A DNA stretch of 64,000 bases, taken from the NCBI GenBank assembly GCA_002269645.1, contig NIVC01000403.1, forward strand, positions 1 through 64,000, given 5' to 3'. Positions 36,166 through 50,202 of the stretch are shown here, one piece after another; the stretch's first letter is position 1; the number at the start of each line of letters is the position of its first letter. A model generated the notes under the pieces. The model ran no database searches. It was not told where the DNA came from and saw nothing but the letters and a program-made list of their open reading frames with translations. The position numbers and the translations under genes were made by a program. This DNA comes from Macrostomum lignano. Lineage: Eukaryota.

Positions 36166-37854
36166 GCGGTCCGGATTTCCGTTGGGAAGTTTTGAGGGGA
36201 CCGAGGTCCAAATGGAGATGCTTTGTTGACCGCAAATTGCCTACACCCGGTTCTATCAGTATACTTTATTGTCTACGGTGTAACTTCAAGTACAACAGAG
36301 GGACGGGATGCATGCAGCGAGGGCAGCTGCCCCTGCTTAAACTTCAAGAGTAAAAATGCCTGGGAGCCGTGACACCAAATAGTTACATAAGTAATGTATA
36401 ATAAACATGGTAGTATAAAAACCGCCAACAAAACCTCTGGATTAGCTTAGCTAAGCTAATCTTATCACTCGGATTAAATCAGCTTCCGAATTGAATGGCA
36501 TCGCAACCGGACCGCCAGCGATGCAAATGGAGATGACCTTCGTCTGGTTCGGCTTGGATGCATAGTATCGCTCTGGCTTGATGCTATGCTCCTCCTTTGG
36601 TCTCCCAGCTGTGCCCTATCCCCTAGGAGAAGGGAAATGTCCCCCCCCCCCAGCACCCCAGCCTGCCTTGGTCGTAAACCGTCAGCGCCTCAGCGCGATA
36701 GCAAGCGGATGGGAGGGGCGGCCGCTGAGCTGGGCCACCTCCTCCGAGCCATAAACTATGTCCTTCCTGCCGCAGCACCAGCCATCTATCAATGCGTTAA
36801 CTTCCCAAACCGACGGTAGCGCCCTCCCCTCCCTGTCCCTCAGGGATTTTCGACTGTCGTGCCAGAGGGGAGACTGTCGCCTCCCGCTTCCACTCTCTCT
36901 CTCTCTCTCTTCACTCCCATTCACCTCTGTCTCGGCATTTACGATCTATACGGGCGTTGTAAAGTTCGGGCCCGTTTAAGTGCCAGTTTATGTGCTCGGG
37001 GACCCCGCTCTGCCTGACTCCGACATCGCTCTCTCACTGGGCTTTCTAAAACTTCGCTTTTGGGAGGCTTCTAATCTGTCCACGCGTCCCTATGCATCAG
37101 ACGCATTAGATAAAACCTGTCCAAGTTGAGAGACTATATGATACTATATACTATTTTAAATTCGTATTCTAGATTTTAATTGCTCCAAAAACTTTTGAGC
37201 CTTTTCTCTTGTCAACAGCAATTCCGCCTTCCCAAGAGAGAGAGGCAGATCGAGAAGTTAAACAAGCTCAAGTGCAAGTCGGTCCAAGTCCCAGCAGAAG
37301 GTGTTGGAATATTGGGGTGGGTAGGTGTGGCTGGAACTTGAAAAAATGAGTCAAAGACAGTTGGTTAGTTGACCGCTGCCGCCGCCTCTGTTGCCCTTAT
37401 GTGTGTGTTTTTTATTGTTATTGTCAGTTTGGGAGGCGCTAGGGCTTCAGCAAATTGCACATGGCCTGTGTAAGTCCCAGCTTGGCATTGGCACGTTGGG
37501 GTGTTTTCGGCTTAGCTTCTCGGGCGGCACACATTATACATATAGAGTCTTAGTGTAGTGGACTAGCCTCAGCCCCCTTGGGGGTGTCAAGTATTGGCCT
37601 GCAGCGTGTGGCAATATAACATAAGACAGATATTCACTGCCGGCAAGAGTGCCAGGAGTCAGGACCGGCTGTCAGGCGGGGCAGGCGATTTAGCCAGTCA
37701 TTTATGACTGCAAGCCTTGGTGCTGCGCCACCCCGCCTCCCCTAATCGGCTGGCTGCAAACGCTCCGGTGTCGCATCTCCCACGCTCTCCTGGGAGCAGT
37801 TTTCAGTTTATCTCTTCCGTGTTTGAGACACCGGACTGGCCCCGTCCCCTCCAA

Positions 37855-38195
37855 TCGTCCCCTCTCCCATCGAGACTTTCCCTATGCAAGAATCTCCCAT
37901 CGAGACTTTCCCTATGCAAGAATCTCCCATCGAGACTTTCCCTTGATTCTCATACAGTCTCCCTACTTGAAGAACCTCCCATTCAAAAAATCTCTCTATT
38001 TAAAGAATCCTCCCATTTAAAGAATCTCCCCATTCAAAGAATCTCCTCATTTAAAGAATCTCTCTATTTAAAAGAATCTCCCCATTCAAAGAATCTCCCC
38101 ATTCAAAGAATCTCCCCATTTAAAGAATCTCCCTATTTAAATAATCGCCCCATTTCAAGAATCTCCCGATTTAAGAATCTCCCTATTTAAACAGT
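37855..38195. repeat. Degenerate repeat, core AAGAATCTCCC(C)ATT
   Basis: Direct reading. Confidence 0.8.
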
Positions 38196-38990
38196 CTCCC
38201 ATCACCCCATTTGAAGAACCTCCAGGCACGCTCAGGCCCCTGTATACGAGTATATGTCACTGCATTGGCATCTGTCAATAGACAAAGCGCGGCACCTTTG
38301 TTCTCTCAGTGCTAGCAGATGCATGCCTAGCTGTAGATGAACAAAAATAAACCCAGCATGAGAGCAGTGAATAAGAGAGAGAGAGACATGAGAAAGACAT
38401 TGACGGAAACTATGGATGCAAATCAAAACCATGCATTGGCTTCATAGCCTATACAGCAATAAGGGGTCATCTTTCGCACAATGCACAAATCAGCTTTACT
38501 CCTGAGTTGAGCCTTACTCGCCTGTCTCACGGCGGCCCCACCGCAGCAGGCAGTTAGCCTCTCGTCAACCCCCCACCCTCTCCGGCGGCCCGACTCCACC
38601 CCGCCCTTCCGCGGTGTCCTGATTGATGTCGGTACGGAAGCCCCTTTCAGTTCAATCAAACCCCTCCCCACTGCCCTCCACCCCCAGCTCACTTGACAGG
38701 CTCTTCTAGCTCTCAGTGTGTGTGTGTGTGTGTCTCACTGCACCTCAATGCGCCTACCCACGCTATGCATTTTCATTCTCTCCGTGTCCCCCCCCCCTGC
38801 GGACCTGCCGCGCCACCTCCGCGGCGGCACTCTTTTACCCGCGCCGCGTACCGCCCTGTGTGTGTGGGTGTGTGTTTGACAGCGCGTGCCGCCACAGTTA
38901 TGCGGACGGCTTATATTATAGCGATAGCCCTGGTGTGTGTGTGTGTGGGATATTGGGCGGCGCGATGGCAGAGGTTTCAATGCAAATATA

Positions 38991-39030
<40 letters not shown>

Positions 39031-39480
39031 CTTTCTTTATTCTTTTCTCCGCCCATGCCGTCGGGGTGGATGGGGCGTGTCGGTGTCTGTCTATGCATTA
39101 TGAGTAGGGGGGGGGGGGGGCAGCGGGTCTGAGCAGTCCCGCTATGGATATGAGCTATATTGGCTTAGCCGGCCAAGTGGCGGTCAGCCTTTATTGTTCT
39201 TCTTCTCATAGCGGTGCGACCGCCCCCCCCCCAGCCCGCCTTCATTCCTGTCAGCTTTTCTGTCTGACATTAGAGCGATCCCTATTCTGCTGCTCAAATT
39301 CTCGAGGGTGGAGGGTAGGGGAGGCTTCTCAAACTGTGCTTTGGCATTCAGAAATAATTGGCACTGTTCTGTGTGGTAGCAAAGTTTTTTTCAGTTTGAG
39401 TTTTGGCAACTTCTCTATTTCTATTCTTAATGGGGATCGATCAGCCCATTTAGAATTTCGTTTAGTCACAACTGTCTTTC

Positions 39481-39770
39481 AGTGGCTTCCGTTTCCCATC
39501 CTGATCATTCAGTGACTTCCGTTTCCCATCCTGCTCATTCGGTGACTTCCGTTTCCCATCCTGCTCATTCAGTGACTTCCGTTTCCCATCCTGGTCATTC
39601 AGTGACTTCCGTTTCCCATCCTGATCATTCAGTGACTTCCGTTTCCCATCCTGGTCATTTAGTGACTTCCGTTTCCCATCCTGATCATTCAGTGACTTCC
39701 GTTTCCCATCCTGGTCATTCAGTGACTTCCGTTTCCCATCCTGATCATTTAGTAACTTCCGTTTGCCAAC
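39481..39770. repeat. 30-bp minisatellite (GTGACTTCCGTTTCCCATCCTGATCATTCA)
   Basis: About 9 copies. Confidence 0.95.
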
Positions 39771-39814
39771 CTAGTCACTAGCTCAGTGACCTATTTTTTG
39801 TTCCAAGTCAACTG

Positions 39815-40545
39815 CTGTTTCAGTTTGCAGATCTAACACCCACTGCTTCAGTTTGCAGATCTAACACCCACTGCTTCAGTTTGCAGATCTATCTAACACC
39901 CACTGCTTCAATTTGCAAATCTATCTAACACCCACTGCTTCAATTTGCAGATCTATCTAACACCCACTGCTTCAGTTTGCAGATCTATCTAACACCCACT
40001 GCTTCAGTTTGCAGATCTATCTAACACCCACTGCTTCAGTTTGCAGATCTATCTAGCACCCACTGCTTCAATTTGCAGATCTATCTAACACCCACTGCTT
40101 CAGTTTGCAGATCTATCTAACACCCACTGCTTCAGTTTGCAGATCTATCTAGCACCCACTGCTTCAGTTTGCAGATCTATCTAACACCCACTGCTTCAGT
40201 TTGCAGATCTATCTAACACCCACTGCTTCAATTTGCAGATCTATCTAACACCCACTGCTTCAGTTTGCAGATCTATCTAACACCCACTGCTTCAGTTTGC
40301 AGATCTATCTAACACCCACTGCTTCAGTTTGCAGATCTATCTAACACCCACTGCTTCAGTTTGCAGATCTATCTAACACCCGCTGCTTCAGTTTGCAGAT
40401 CTATCTAACACCCACTGCTTCAGTTTGCAGATCTATCTAACACCCACTGCTTCAGTTTGCAGATCTATCTAACACCCACTGCTTCAGTTTGCAGATCTAT
40501 CTAACACCCGCTGCTTCAGTTTGCAGATCTATCTAGCACCCGCTG
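39815..40545. repeat. 32-bp minisatellite (CACCCACTGCTTCAGTTTGCAGATCTATCTAA)
   Basis: About 23 copies. Confidence 0.95.
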
Positions 40546-41169
40546 ATTCCCTCACAAAAGGTTCCCATAATCGCCAGGCACAAATTTCTATTTTACAGCG
40601 CCTTCTCCTGATCTCCCTTCTCCCTCCGGTGCGCAGTGATCCCATGCAGTTATTACCGCGGCTTGTCAAATCCCCCCCCCCCCAGCAGCGCCTTGTCCAG
40701 ATCGGTCCCCCACCTGGAGTCGGCAGCCGCCGTCACAAAAAGAGCTGCAAAGCGGCGCGCACTTCAAAGAACACGCGGAGGCCCCTGTGGCAAACCAAAA
40801 TCCCGAAGGTATGAGGAGGAGAGAGAGGAGATCACTTTGAGTTTGGGGTCCGGCCGCGGCTACCGGGGGTGGCGTGGGAATTAAGAGACGAACTCATAAC
40901 GAATCCCGCCGTTCAATTCCCGTCGGTAAAATTTCCTACGAGCCATTGGGACGGTTAATCCTAGTCTCAGATCTCAACCCCCCCCCCGCGTATGGAACTC
41001 ATTGTTCCGTCTTTTAACTACAAGCATGATTATAGTTTCTGGAGAATGCACCTTTACTAGATTTTTTGTTAAGCCCAAAATTTATTGCAGCATATCGTAT
41101 AGTCGTATTTGTGCATTGAGATCGACTTAAAGAGCAGAAGATTATCCAGTGACCTGGATTTAGTAGTAT

Positions 41170-44100
41170 TCAAAGGACCAGGGTATAGTAGCTTGCAGAG
41201 GACCACCAAAGGACCAGGGTATAGTAGCTTGCAGAGGACCACCAAAGGACCAGGGTATAGTAGCTTGCAGAGGACCACCAAAGGACCTGGGTATAGTAGC
41301 TTGCAGAGGACCACCAAAGGACCAGGGTATAGTAGCTTGCAGAGGACCACCAAAGGACCAGGGTATAGTAGCTTGCAGAGGACCACCAAAGGACCTGGGT
41401 ATAGTAGCTTGCAGAGGACCACCATAGGACCAGGGTATAGTAGCTTGCAGAGGACCACCAAAGGACCAGGGTATAGTAGCTTGCAGAGGACCACCAAAGG
41501 ACCAGGGTATAGTAGCTTGCAGAGGACCACCAAAGGACCAGGGTATAGTAGCTTGCAGAGGACCACCAAAGGACCTGGGTATAGTAGCTTGCAGAGGACC
41601 ACCAAAGGACCAGGGTATAGTAGCTTGCAGAGGACCACCAAAGGACCTGGGTATAGTAGCTTGCAGAGGACCACCAAATTACCTGGGTATAGTAGCTTGC
41701 AGAGGACCACCAAATTACCAGGGTATAGTAGCTTGTAGAGGACCAATAAATTACCTGGGTATAGTAGCTTGCAGAGGACCACCAAAGGACCAGGGTATAG
41801 TAGCTTGCAGAGGACCACCAAAGGACCAGGGTATAGTAGCTTGCAGAGGACCACCAAATTACCTGGGTATAGTAGCTTGCAGAGGACCACCAAATTACCT
41901 GCGTATAGTAGCTTGCAGAGGACCACCAAAGGACCAGGGTATAGTAGCTTGCAGAGGACCACCAAAGGACCAGGGTATAGTAGCTTGCAGAGGACCACCA
42001 AAGGACCAGGGTATAGTAGCTTGCAGAGGACCACCAAAGGACCAGGGTATAGTAGCTTGCAGAGGACCACCAAATTACCTGGGTATAGTAGCTTGCAGAG
42101 GACCACCAAAGGACCAGGGTATAGTAGCTTGCAGACGACCACCAAAGGACCAGAGTATAGTAGCTTGCAGAGAACCACCAAAGGACCAGGGTATAGTAGC
42201 TTGCAGAGGACCACCAAAGGACCAGGGTATAGTAGCTTGCAGAGGACCACCAAATTACCTGGGTATAGTAGCTTGCAGAGGACCACCAAAGGACCAGGGT
42301 ATAGTAGCTTGCAGACGACCACCAAAGGACCAGAGTATAGTAGCTTACAGAGGACCACCAAATTACCTGGGTATAGTAGCTTGCAGAGGACCACCAAATT
42401 ACCAGGGTATAGTAGCTTGCAGAGGACCACCAAATTACCTGGGTATAGTAGCTTGCAGAGGACCACCAAAGGACCAGGGTATAGTAGCTTGCAGAGGACC
42501 ACCATAGGACCAGGGTATAGTAGCTTGCAGAGGACCACCAAAGGACCAGGGTATAGTAGCTTGTAGAGGACCACCAAAGGACCAGGGTATAGTAGCTTGC
42601 AGAGGACCACCAAAGGACCAGGGTATAGTAGCTTGCAGAGGACCACCAAAGGACCAGGGTATAGTAGCTTGCAGAGGACCACCAAAGGACCTGGGTATAG
42701 TAGCTTGCAGAGGACCACCAAAGGACCAGGGTATAGTAGCTTGCAGAGGACCACCAAAGGACCAGGGTATAGTAGCTTGCAGAGGACCACCAAAGGACCA
42801 GGGTATAGTAGCTTGCAGAGGACCACCAAAGGACCTGGGTATAGTAGCTTGCAGAGGACCACCAAAGGACCAGGGTATAGTAGCTTGCAGAGGACCACCA
42901 AAGGACCTGGGTATAGTAGCTTGCAGAGGACCACCATAGGACCTGGGTATAGTAGCTTGCAGAGGACCACCAAAGGACCAGGGTATAGTAGCTTGCAGAG
43001 GACCACCAAAGGACCAGGGTATAGTAGCTTGCAGAGGACCACCAAAGGACCAGGGTATAGTAGCTTGCAGAGGACCACCAAAGGACCTGGGTATAGTAGC
43101 TTGCAGAGGACCACCAAAGGACCAGGGTATAGTAGCTTGCAGAGGACCACCAAAGGACCTGGGTATAGTAGCTTGCAGAGGACCACCAAAGGACCTGGGT
43201 ATAGTAGCTTGCAGAGGACCACCAAATTACCAGGGTATAGTAGCTTGCAGAGGACCACCATAGGACCAGGGTATAGTAGCTTGCAGAGGACCACCAAAGG
43301 ACCAGGGTATAGTAGCTTGCAGAGGACCACCAAAGGACCAGGGTATAGTAGCTTGCAGAGGACCACCAAAGGACCAGGGTATAGTAGCTTGCAGAGGACC
43401 ACCAAAGGACCTGGGTATAGTAGCTTGCAGAGGACCACCAAAGGACCAGGGTATAGTAGCTTGCAGAGGACCACCAAAGGACCAGGGTATAGTAGCTTGC
43501 AGAGGACCACCAAAGGACCAGGGTATAGTAGCTTGCAGAGGACCACCAAAGGACCTGGGTATAGTAGCTTGCAGAGGACCACCAAATTACCTGGGTATAG
43601 TAGCTTGCAGAGGACCACCAAAGGACCAGGGTATAGTAGCTTGCAGAGGACCACCAAAGGACCTGGGTATAGTAGCTTGCAGAGGACCACCAAATTACCT
43701 GGGTATAGTAGCTTGCAGAGGACCACCAAAGGACCAGGGTATAGTAGCTTGCAGAGGACCACCAAAGGACCAGGGTATAGTAGCTTGCAGAGGACCACCA
43801 AATTACCTGGGTATAGTAGCTTGCAGAGGACCACCAAATTACCTGCGTATAGTAGCTTGCAGAGGACCACCAAATTACCAGGGTATAGTAGCTTGTAGAG
43901 GACCAATAAATTACCTGGGTATAGTAGCTTGCAGAGGACCACCAAAGGACCAGGGTATAGTAGCTTGCAGAGGACCACCAAAGGACCTGGGTATAGTAGC
44001 TTGCAGAGGACCACCAAATTACCTGGGTATAGTAGCTTGCAGAGGACCACCAAAGGACCAGGGTATAGTAGCTTGCAGAGGACCACCAAAGGACCTGGGT

Positions 44101-44280
44101 ATAGTAGCTTGCAGAGGACCACCAAATTACCTGCGTATAGTAGCTTGCAGAGGACCACCAAAGGACCAGGGTATAGTAGCTTGCAGAGGACCACCAAAGG
44201 ACCAGGGTATAGTAGCTTGCAGAGGACCACCAAATTACCAGGGTATAGTAGCTTGCAGAGGACCACCAAAGGACCTGAGT
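41170..44280. repeat. 36-bp minisatellite (GGACCAGGGTATAGTAGCTTGCAGAGGACCACCAAA)
   Basis: About 86 copies, the source of the 1185-aa pseudo-ORF. Confidence 0.97.
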
Positions 44281-44590
44281 AAAGCAGCAGAGGACCTGAG
44301 TATAGCAGCAGAGGACCTGAGTATAGCAGCAGAGGACCTGAGTATAGCAGCAGAGGACCTGAGTATAGCAGCAGAGGACCTGAGTATAGCAGCAGAGGAC
44401 CTGAGTATAGCAGCAGAGGACCTGAGTATAGCAGCAGAGGACCTGAGTATAGCAGCAGAGGACCTGAGTATAGCAGCAGAGGACCTGAGTATAGCAGCAG
44501 AGGACCTAAGTATAGCAGCAGAGGACCTGAGTATAGCAGCAGAGGACCTGAGTATAGCAGCAGAGGACCTGAGTATAGCAGCAGAGGACC
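44272..44590. repeat. 21-bp minisatellite (GGACCTGAGTATAGCAGCAGA)
   Basis: About 15 copies abutting the 36-mer array. Confidence 0.95.
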
Positions 44591-45244
44591 CCAGCAACAG
44601 AAGAGCTGATCTACCAAAGGTAGCATTGTGCTCAGTAACCATTAAGTTAATCCGGCAAGTCTTATTTAATAATCCCCTGCACAGCCCAAATGCTTCTGTT
44701 ACAATCTCTTCATATAAAAGTGAATGAAAATTGATAATTTATTGCATAAGTCAGCGTCATACAGAAGCAGTCATATCGCGGGTTTCTATTGACCGAATTG
44801 CATGGTCAGTCAAGATTGACCCACATAGCTTTTATAAGGAGCTTCATGGCATGCAGAATGGCATAAATTGAATATCCTGTGCCCGCATATCACCCACTAT
44901 CTATTATTCCCAATTTCCTGGCATGCTTTCTTCTCAAAATATTCCCAGAATTCTTTTCTTAAATTATACGATCTAACTTGGTCATTCTTTAGTTTACTTA
45001 CTATTATATAGTTTGGACACGTGGCCTCCTCACCAACTCCTCTCGCGGCGGTCCACACCTCAATTTCATACATTTTCCACACAGTCCATATACATATCTT
45101 CTTTTTTCGGGCCTTTGTCTAGATTGACACGTTCAGAAAGATGGCTCTGGCCTTGACTAACAGAAGCAATGAGATTCTGGATAACCAATTTTTTTATGTT
45201 TTTTTATCTTCATCTTTCCTTTGTAAGCCAATATCTCCTGAATA

Positions 45245-46510
45245 CTGACTATAGATCTACTGACTCTAGATCTAATGACTCTATATCTTCTGACTCTAGA
45301 TCTACTGACTTTAGATATACTGACTATGGATCTACTGACTATGGATCTACTGACTCTAGATCTAATGACTCTATATCTTCTGACTCTAGATCTACTGACT
45401 TTAGATATACTGACTATGGATCTACTGACTATGGATCTACTGACTCTAGATCTTCTGACTCTAGATCTACTGACTATAGATCTACTGACTATGGATCTAC
45501 TGACTATAGATCTACTGACTATAGATCTACTAACTATAGATCTACTAACTATTGATCTACTGACTCTAGATCTACTGACTCTAGATCTACTGATTCTAGA
45601 TCTACTGACTCTAGATCTACTAACTCTAGATCTACTGACTCTAGATCTACTGACTCTATATCTTCTGACTCTAGATCTACTGACTTTAGATATACTGACT
45701 ATGGATCTACTGACTCTAGATCTAATGACTCTATATCTTCTGACTCTAGATCTACTGACTTTAGATATACTGACTATGGATCTACTGACTATGGATCTAC
45801 TGACTATGGATCTACTGACTCTAGATCTTCTGACTCTAGATCTACTGACTATAGATCTACTGACTTTAGATATACTGACTATGGATCTACTGACTATGGA
45901 TCTACTGACTATAGATCTACTGACTATAGATCTACTAACTATAGATCTACTAACTATTGATCTACTGACTCTAGATCTACTGACTCTAGATCTACTGATT
46001 CTAGATCTACTGACTCTAGATCTACTAACTCTAGATCTACTGACTCTAGATCTACTGACTCTAGATCTACTGACTCTAGATCTACTGACTCTAGATCTAC
46101 TGACTCTAGATCTACTAACTCTAGATCTACTGACTCTAGATCTACTGACTCTAGATCTACTGACTCTAGATCTACTGATTCTAGATCTACTGACTATAGA
46201 TCTACTAACTATTGATCTACTGACTCTAGATCTACTAACTCTAGATTTTCTAACTCTAGATCTACTGACTTTAGATCTACTGACTATGGATCTACTGACT
46301 ATAGATCTACTGACTCTATATCTTCTGACTCTAGATCTACTAACTCTAGATCTACTGACTCTAGATCTACTGACTCTAGATCTACTGACTCTAGATCTAC
46401 TGATTCTAGATCTACTGACTATAGATCTACTAACTATTGATCTACTGACTCTAGATCTACTGACTCTAGATCTACTGATTCTAGATCTACTGACTCTAGA
46501 TCTACTGACA
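45245..46510. repeat. 15-bp minisatellite (TCTACTGACTCTAGA)
   Basis: About 84 copies with variants. Confidence 0.95.
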
Positions 46511-48314
46511 AATAAAACTAAATTTATTTAACTTGTATTTTTAGAAACCGCAGTTTAAAGCAGAATAGAATTTCTTGATTTAAATTCAATTCTCAAAATT
46601 ATTCAACCAAAAATTTCTGCTTGGACCGGATTAGCCCCAGTTGTTTTCCAGGAGTTCTGTTAGAGTTTTTTAATCCTCCACAGTGTCACCCGTTCGCGAG
46701 AAGAGACAATGGCGTCTGCATTTTCAAAGGGACCGCTGCTGCTGCTGCTGCGGGTGTCAAAAGACGGCAAAACAGGCCTCATGCGCTTGACTTCAAGCCG
46801 CAGAGAAGCGATATAGAATGAAGGTTGGGGGTGAATTAAAAAGAAATCCGTCAGAAACTTTTCTTTGTCGGGAAATTACTTAACCCAGCAGAAAAACCGG
46901 AACGCAAAAAATCATATCTTAGATACCAAAAAAGTTATAATCCCCCTATAAGCTCTGTCTGCCTACCAATGCTCTGTCATCTCACCGCCGCAGTCAAGTC
47001 TGCAGGAGTCTCTTCTTTGAGTGAAGTCACCCCAACCCCCCGGCGGCAACGGAGTGAAAGAGAGAAAAAGAGAAGCCGTGTAAAGAAGAAGTATATAAAT
47101 ATACTTTGCAGCATTGTCGGGCTGCATATACACAGCCTGTCCCTGTTGTTTTGCTATATTGGCTTAGCTATATAGCAGCCTGCAGGCAGCTTTATGGCTA
47201 GCGGATGCGCCTGTCACTGAGCCTGAACAGGGGGGGGGGGGCATGCGCCAAACTGGCTGACTCTATTTAAGCTGTTAAGCTCCACCTACCTCTACGGGTA
47301 TACTCAATATATATATATCATCCATCATGATTTCTGAGCAGCTAAACGTGACACACTATAGATTTGGACCTTAAATGCCTATACGTATTGAGCTCACCTT
47401 GCCTGTCTATAGTTCTGATGGTGGTCCCCTATATAGGAAAGGTGGCATGGCTACTGTCACCACTTCCTTGACGCGAATTGAAAGAGAGGGGAAGGGAGCG
47501 GTGATCGCTCAATCACGATTGGGGGGGTCTGGCGGTGGCTGCAAAGGCGGGCCGGAGCCGTCAAAGAGAATGCGGGGCGTGAGGGGATGCCGGTAGACCG
47601 GAGGCGACTTCCAAAACTGAGCAGCTGACTTGTGCTCAGGCATACAGGCCGGCCTCCCGTGTGTCAGCGATCCCAGCCGTGCACCTCCCCCCCCGCCCCC
47701 GACACACCGTTTTTTATCCCCACCCATCCATCCAGGCAGGCGCGTGTAGCGGTTTGATCTGCTCAAGCATGCCAACCCGACTCAAAAAGCTCATGCCTCG
47801 GCTTGATCGGTTTGCGCGCATCAATTTCCAGCTGAGCTGCTGACTGGCCGCTTCCTCCTCTTCTGGCTGCGACGGAGGGGAAAATTATCCCCTTTTGTAT
47901 CCCCGCCACTATATATAGGTCGAGAGCTTAGCCGAGCAGAATCAGTCGTTAGTCCTGAGCTGTTCAACTTGTGTGCATCAAGAAAACCGACTCAAAAATA
48001 AAATTAAAGCCCCCTTTTGGTCAGTTGTTGAGCAATCTTTCTAATTTCTTTTCGGTATTAAAAAAATCGAAGATCTGCTTGACAACTTGTTGCCGAGGCA
48101 AAGGGAGAGGTGTCGCGAGGTGATTTGTCATTAAAATTTAACTCCCATGCAGTCACACCGAGTCAAGCAGCAAAATGCGGGCAAACTAGGCCCAGAATCC
48201 TTTGATGAAGTTTCTAACCGACTTTTATTACGATGGTTTTTACGACGAGTATACTATTTGCATTACCTCGTAATTTCATGAATTGGATTCTGATAGCAGT
48301 ACTTCAATTCAGAC

Positions 48315-49200
48315 TACAGTATTATATTTCCCCATGATAAACCTTGAGCATCCAGAGAAATTCACCATGACGAGTCTTGAGCATCCAGAGAAATTCCCCA
48401 TGATGAGCCTTGAGCGCTCGGAGAAATTCCCCATCATGAGCCTTGAGCACCCGGAGAAATTCCCCATGATGAGCCTTGAGCACCCGGAGAAATTCCCCAT
48501 GATGAGCCTTGAGCGCCCGGAGAAATTCCCCATGATTAGCCTTGAGCGCCCGGAGAAATTCCCCATGATGAGCCTTGAGCACCCGGAGAAATTCCCCATG
48601 ATGAGCCTTGAGCGCTCGGAGAAATTCCCCATAATGAGCGTTGAGCACCCGGAGAAATTCCCCATGATGAGCCTTGAGCACCCGGAGAAATTCCCCATGA
48701 TGAGCCTTGAGCGCTCGGAGAAATTCCCCATAATGAGCGTTGAGCACCCGGAGAAATTCCCCATGATGAGCCTTGAGCATCCAGAGAAATTCACCATGAC
48801 GAGTCTTGAGCATCCAGAGAAATTCTCCATGATGAGCCTTGAGCGCCCGGAGAAATTCCCCATGACGAGTCTTGAGCATCCAGAGAAATTCCCCATGATG
48901 AGCCTTGAGCGCCCGGAGAAATTCCCCATGATGAGCCTTGAGCGCTCGGAGAAATTCCCCATGATTAGCCTTGAGCGCCCGGAGAAATTCCCCATGATGA
49001 GCCTTGAGCACCCGGAGAAATTCCCCATGATGAGCCTTGAGCGCTCGGAGAAATTCCCCATAATGAGCGTTGAGCACCCGGAGAAATTCCCCATGATGAG
49101 CCTTGAGCATCCAGAGAAATTCACCATGACGAGTCTTGAGCATCCAGAGAAATTCCCCATGATTAGCCTTGAGCACACGGAGAAATTCCCTTGTGATGAG
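48315..49200. repeat. 33-bp minisatellite (GAGAAATTCCCCATGATGAGCCTTGAGCACCCG)
   Basis: About 27 copies, ~0.9 kb beyond the Sp5 stop codon. Confidence 0.95.
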
Positions 49201-50071
49201 CGTTGAGAAATCAAAAGAGCCTTTTAAAACGGCACAACCAGCGTTTCAGTTTCTTCTCAATGGAAGTCAATAAAACTATTTTGGCATTTCTATATGTATT
49301 TCTATATAAATTATTCATAACAAATATATTTTATAATCCGCGAATAGTATGCGTAGAACAGTATGTACAAATGAAGCCAATTTTTTCAATAGCAAAGTTA
49401 CCAGCAGCTACATATACAGTATAGTATACTACAAGATAGCAAATTTAAATATGTTTGGGAAGATAGGAGTTGAAAGAGATTCAATTACCAGGATTAAACT
49501 GCATTCGGAATTCCCCCTGATTACGGCACGAGGAATCAGACAGCAGTCCCAGGACGATAAAAAGGTGACACTCCCGTCCCCGTGTTTATAACAAGTATTT
49601 CTATCGATGCCATAACTTTGTTTTTGGTTGCCATGCGGGTTCTATACAGCCATGCAGTGTGCTACATGACTGCAGGGGCATAAAAACATGCGAAATGCGA
49701 CACTATCCGATGGATGTTGTAATGTTGTAACACGAGAATTTCGGAATTTTTATCTGCTGCGAGTGAGCGCTAAAACTTGAAGCTTGAAAATGTTTTATAG
49801 CCATCATCAACATTATCGGCATATATTAGCATGCGGTTGATATGCAAGTGAGACAATTTATGCACATGTGTACGGAAAATATGTTGGCTCAAACAGTTGC
49901 GCATGGTTGAAAGAAAATTTATAGGGGATTAGCTGACTTATAGATCCCCTGCCCTACACGACTGCATCAGTATTTACATAATCAGAGCTTTCTTATCACA
50001 AGAGGAAATGCATTGAAGCAGTTTCAATTATTATATGCATATACAAGTCAGTCTGCCATCCAGCCAGCAAG

Positions 50072-50171
50072 TCAGTGCATCGAGGCGTCGCTATCGTCTG
50101 TAGATTCAACGTCAATCTCCTGGTCGAAGTCGTCTTCGTCGTCATCGTAGTCGGCGATCACTTTGACGACG

Positions 50172-50202
<31 letters not shown>

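Noticed and set aside
41069-44626. 1185-aa minus-strand ORF (GPLVVLCKLLYP)n and the plus-strand (KGPGYSSLQRTT)n ORFs
   Set aside because: These are translations of a 36-bp (multiple of 3) satellite with no unique domain. The plus frame is broken by CAG>TAG variants. Stop-free frames are expected from such a monomer.
45169-46531. (TLDLL)n and (STDSR)n ORFs
   Set aside because: Translation of a 15-bp satellite.
48283-49214. ~300-aa ORFs in three frames (e.g. PMMSLEHPEKF repeats)
   Set aside because: They come from a 33-bp tandem repeat open in several frames at once. The plus ORF starts at TTG and there is no supporting gene structure.
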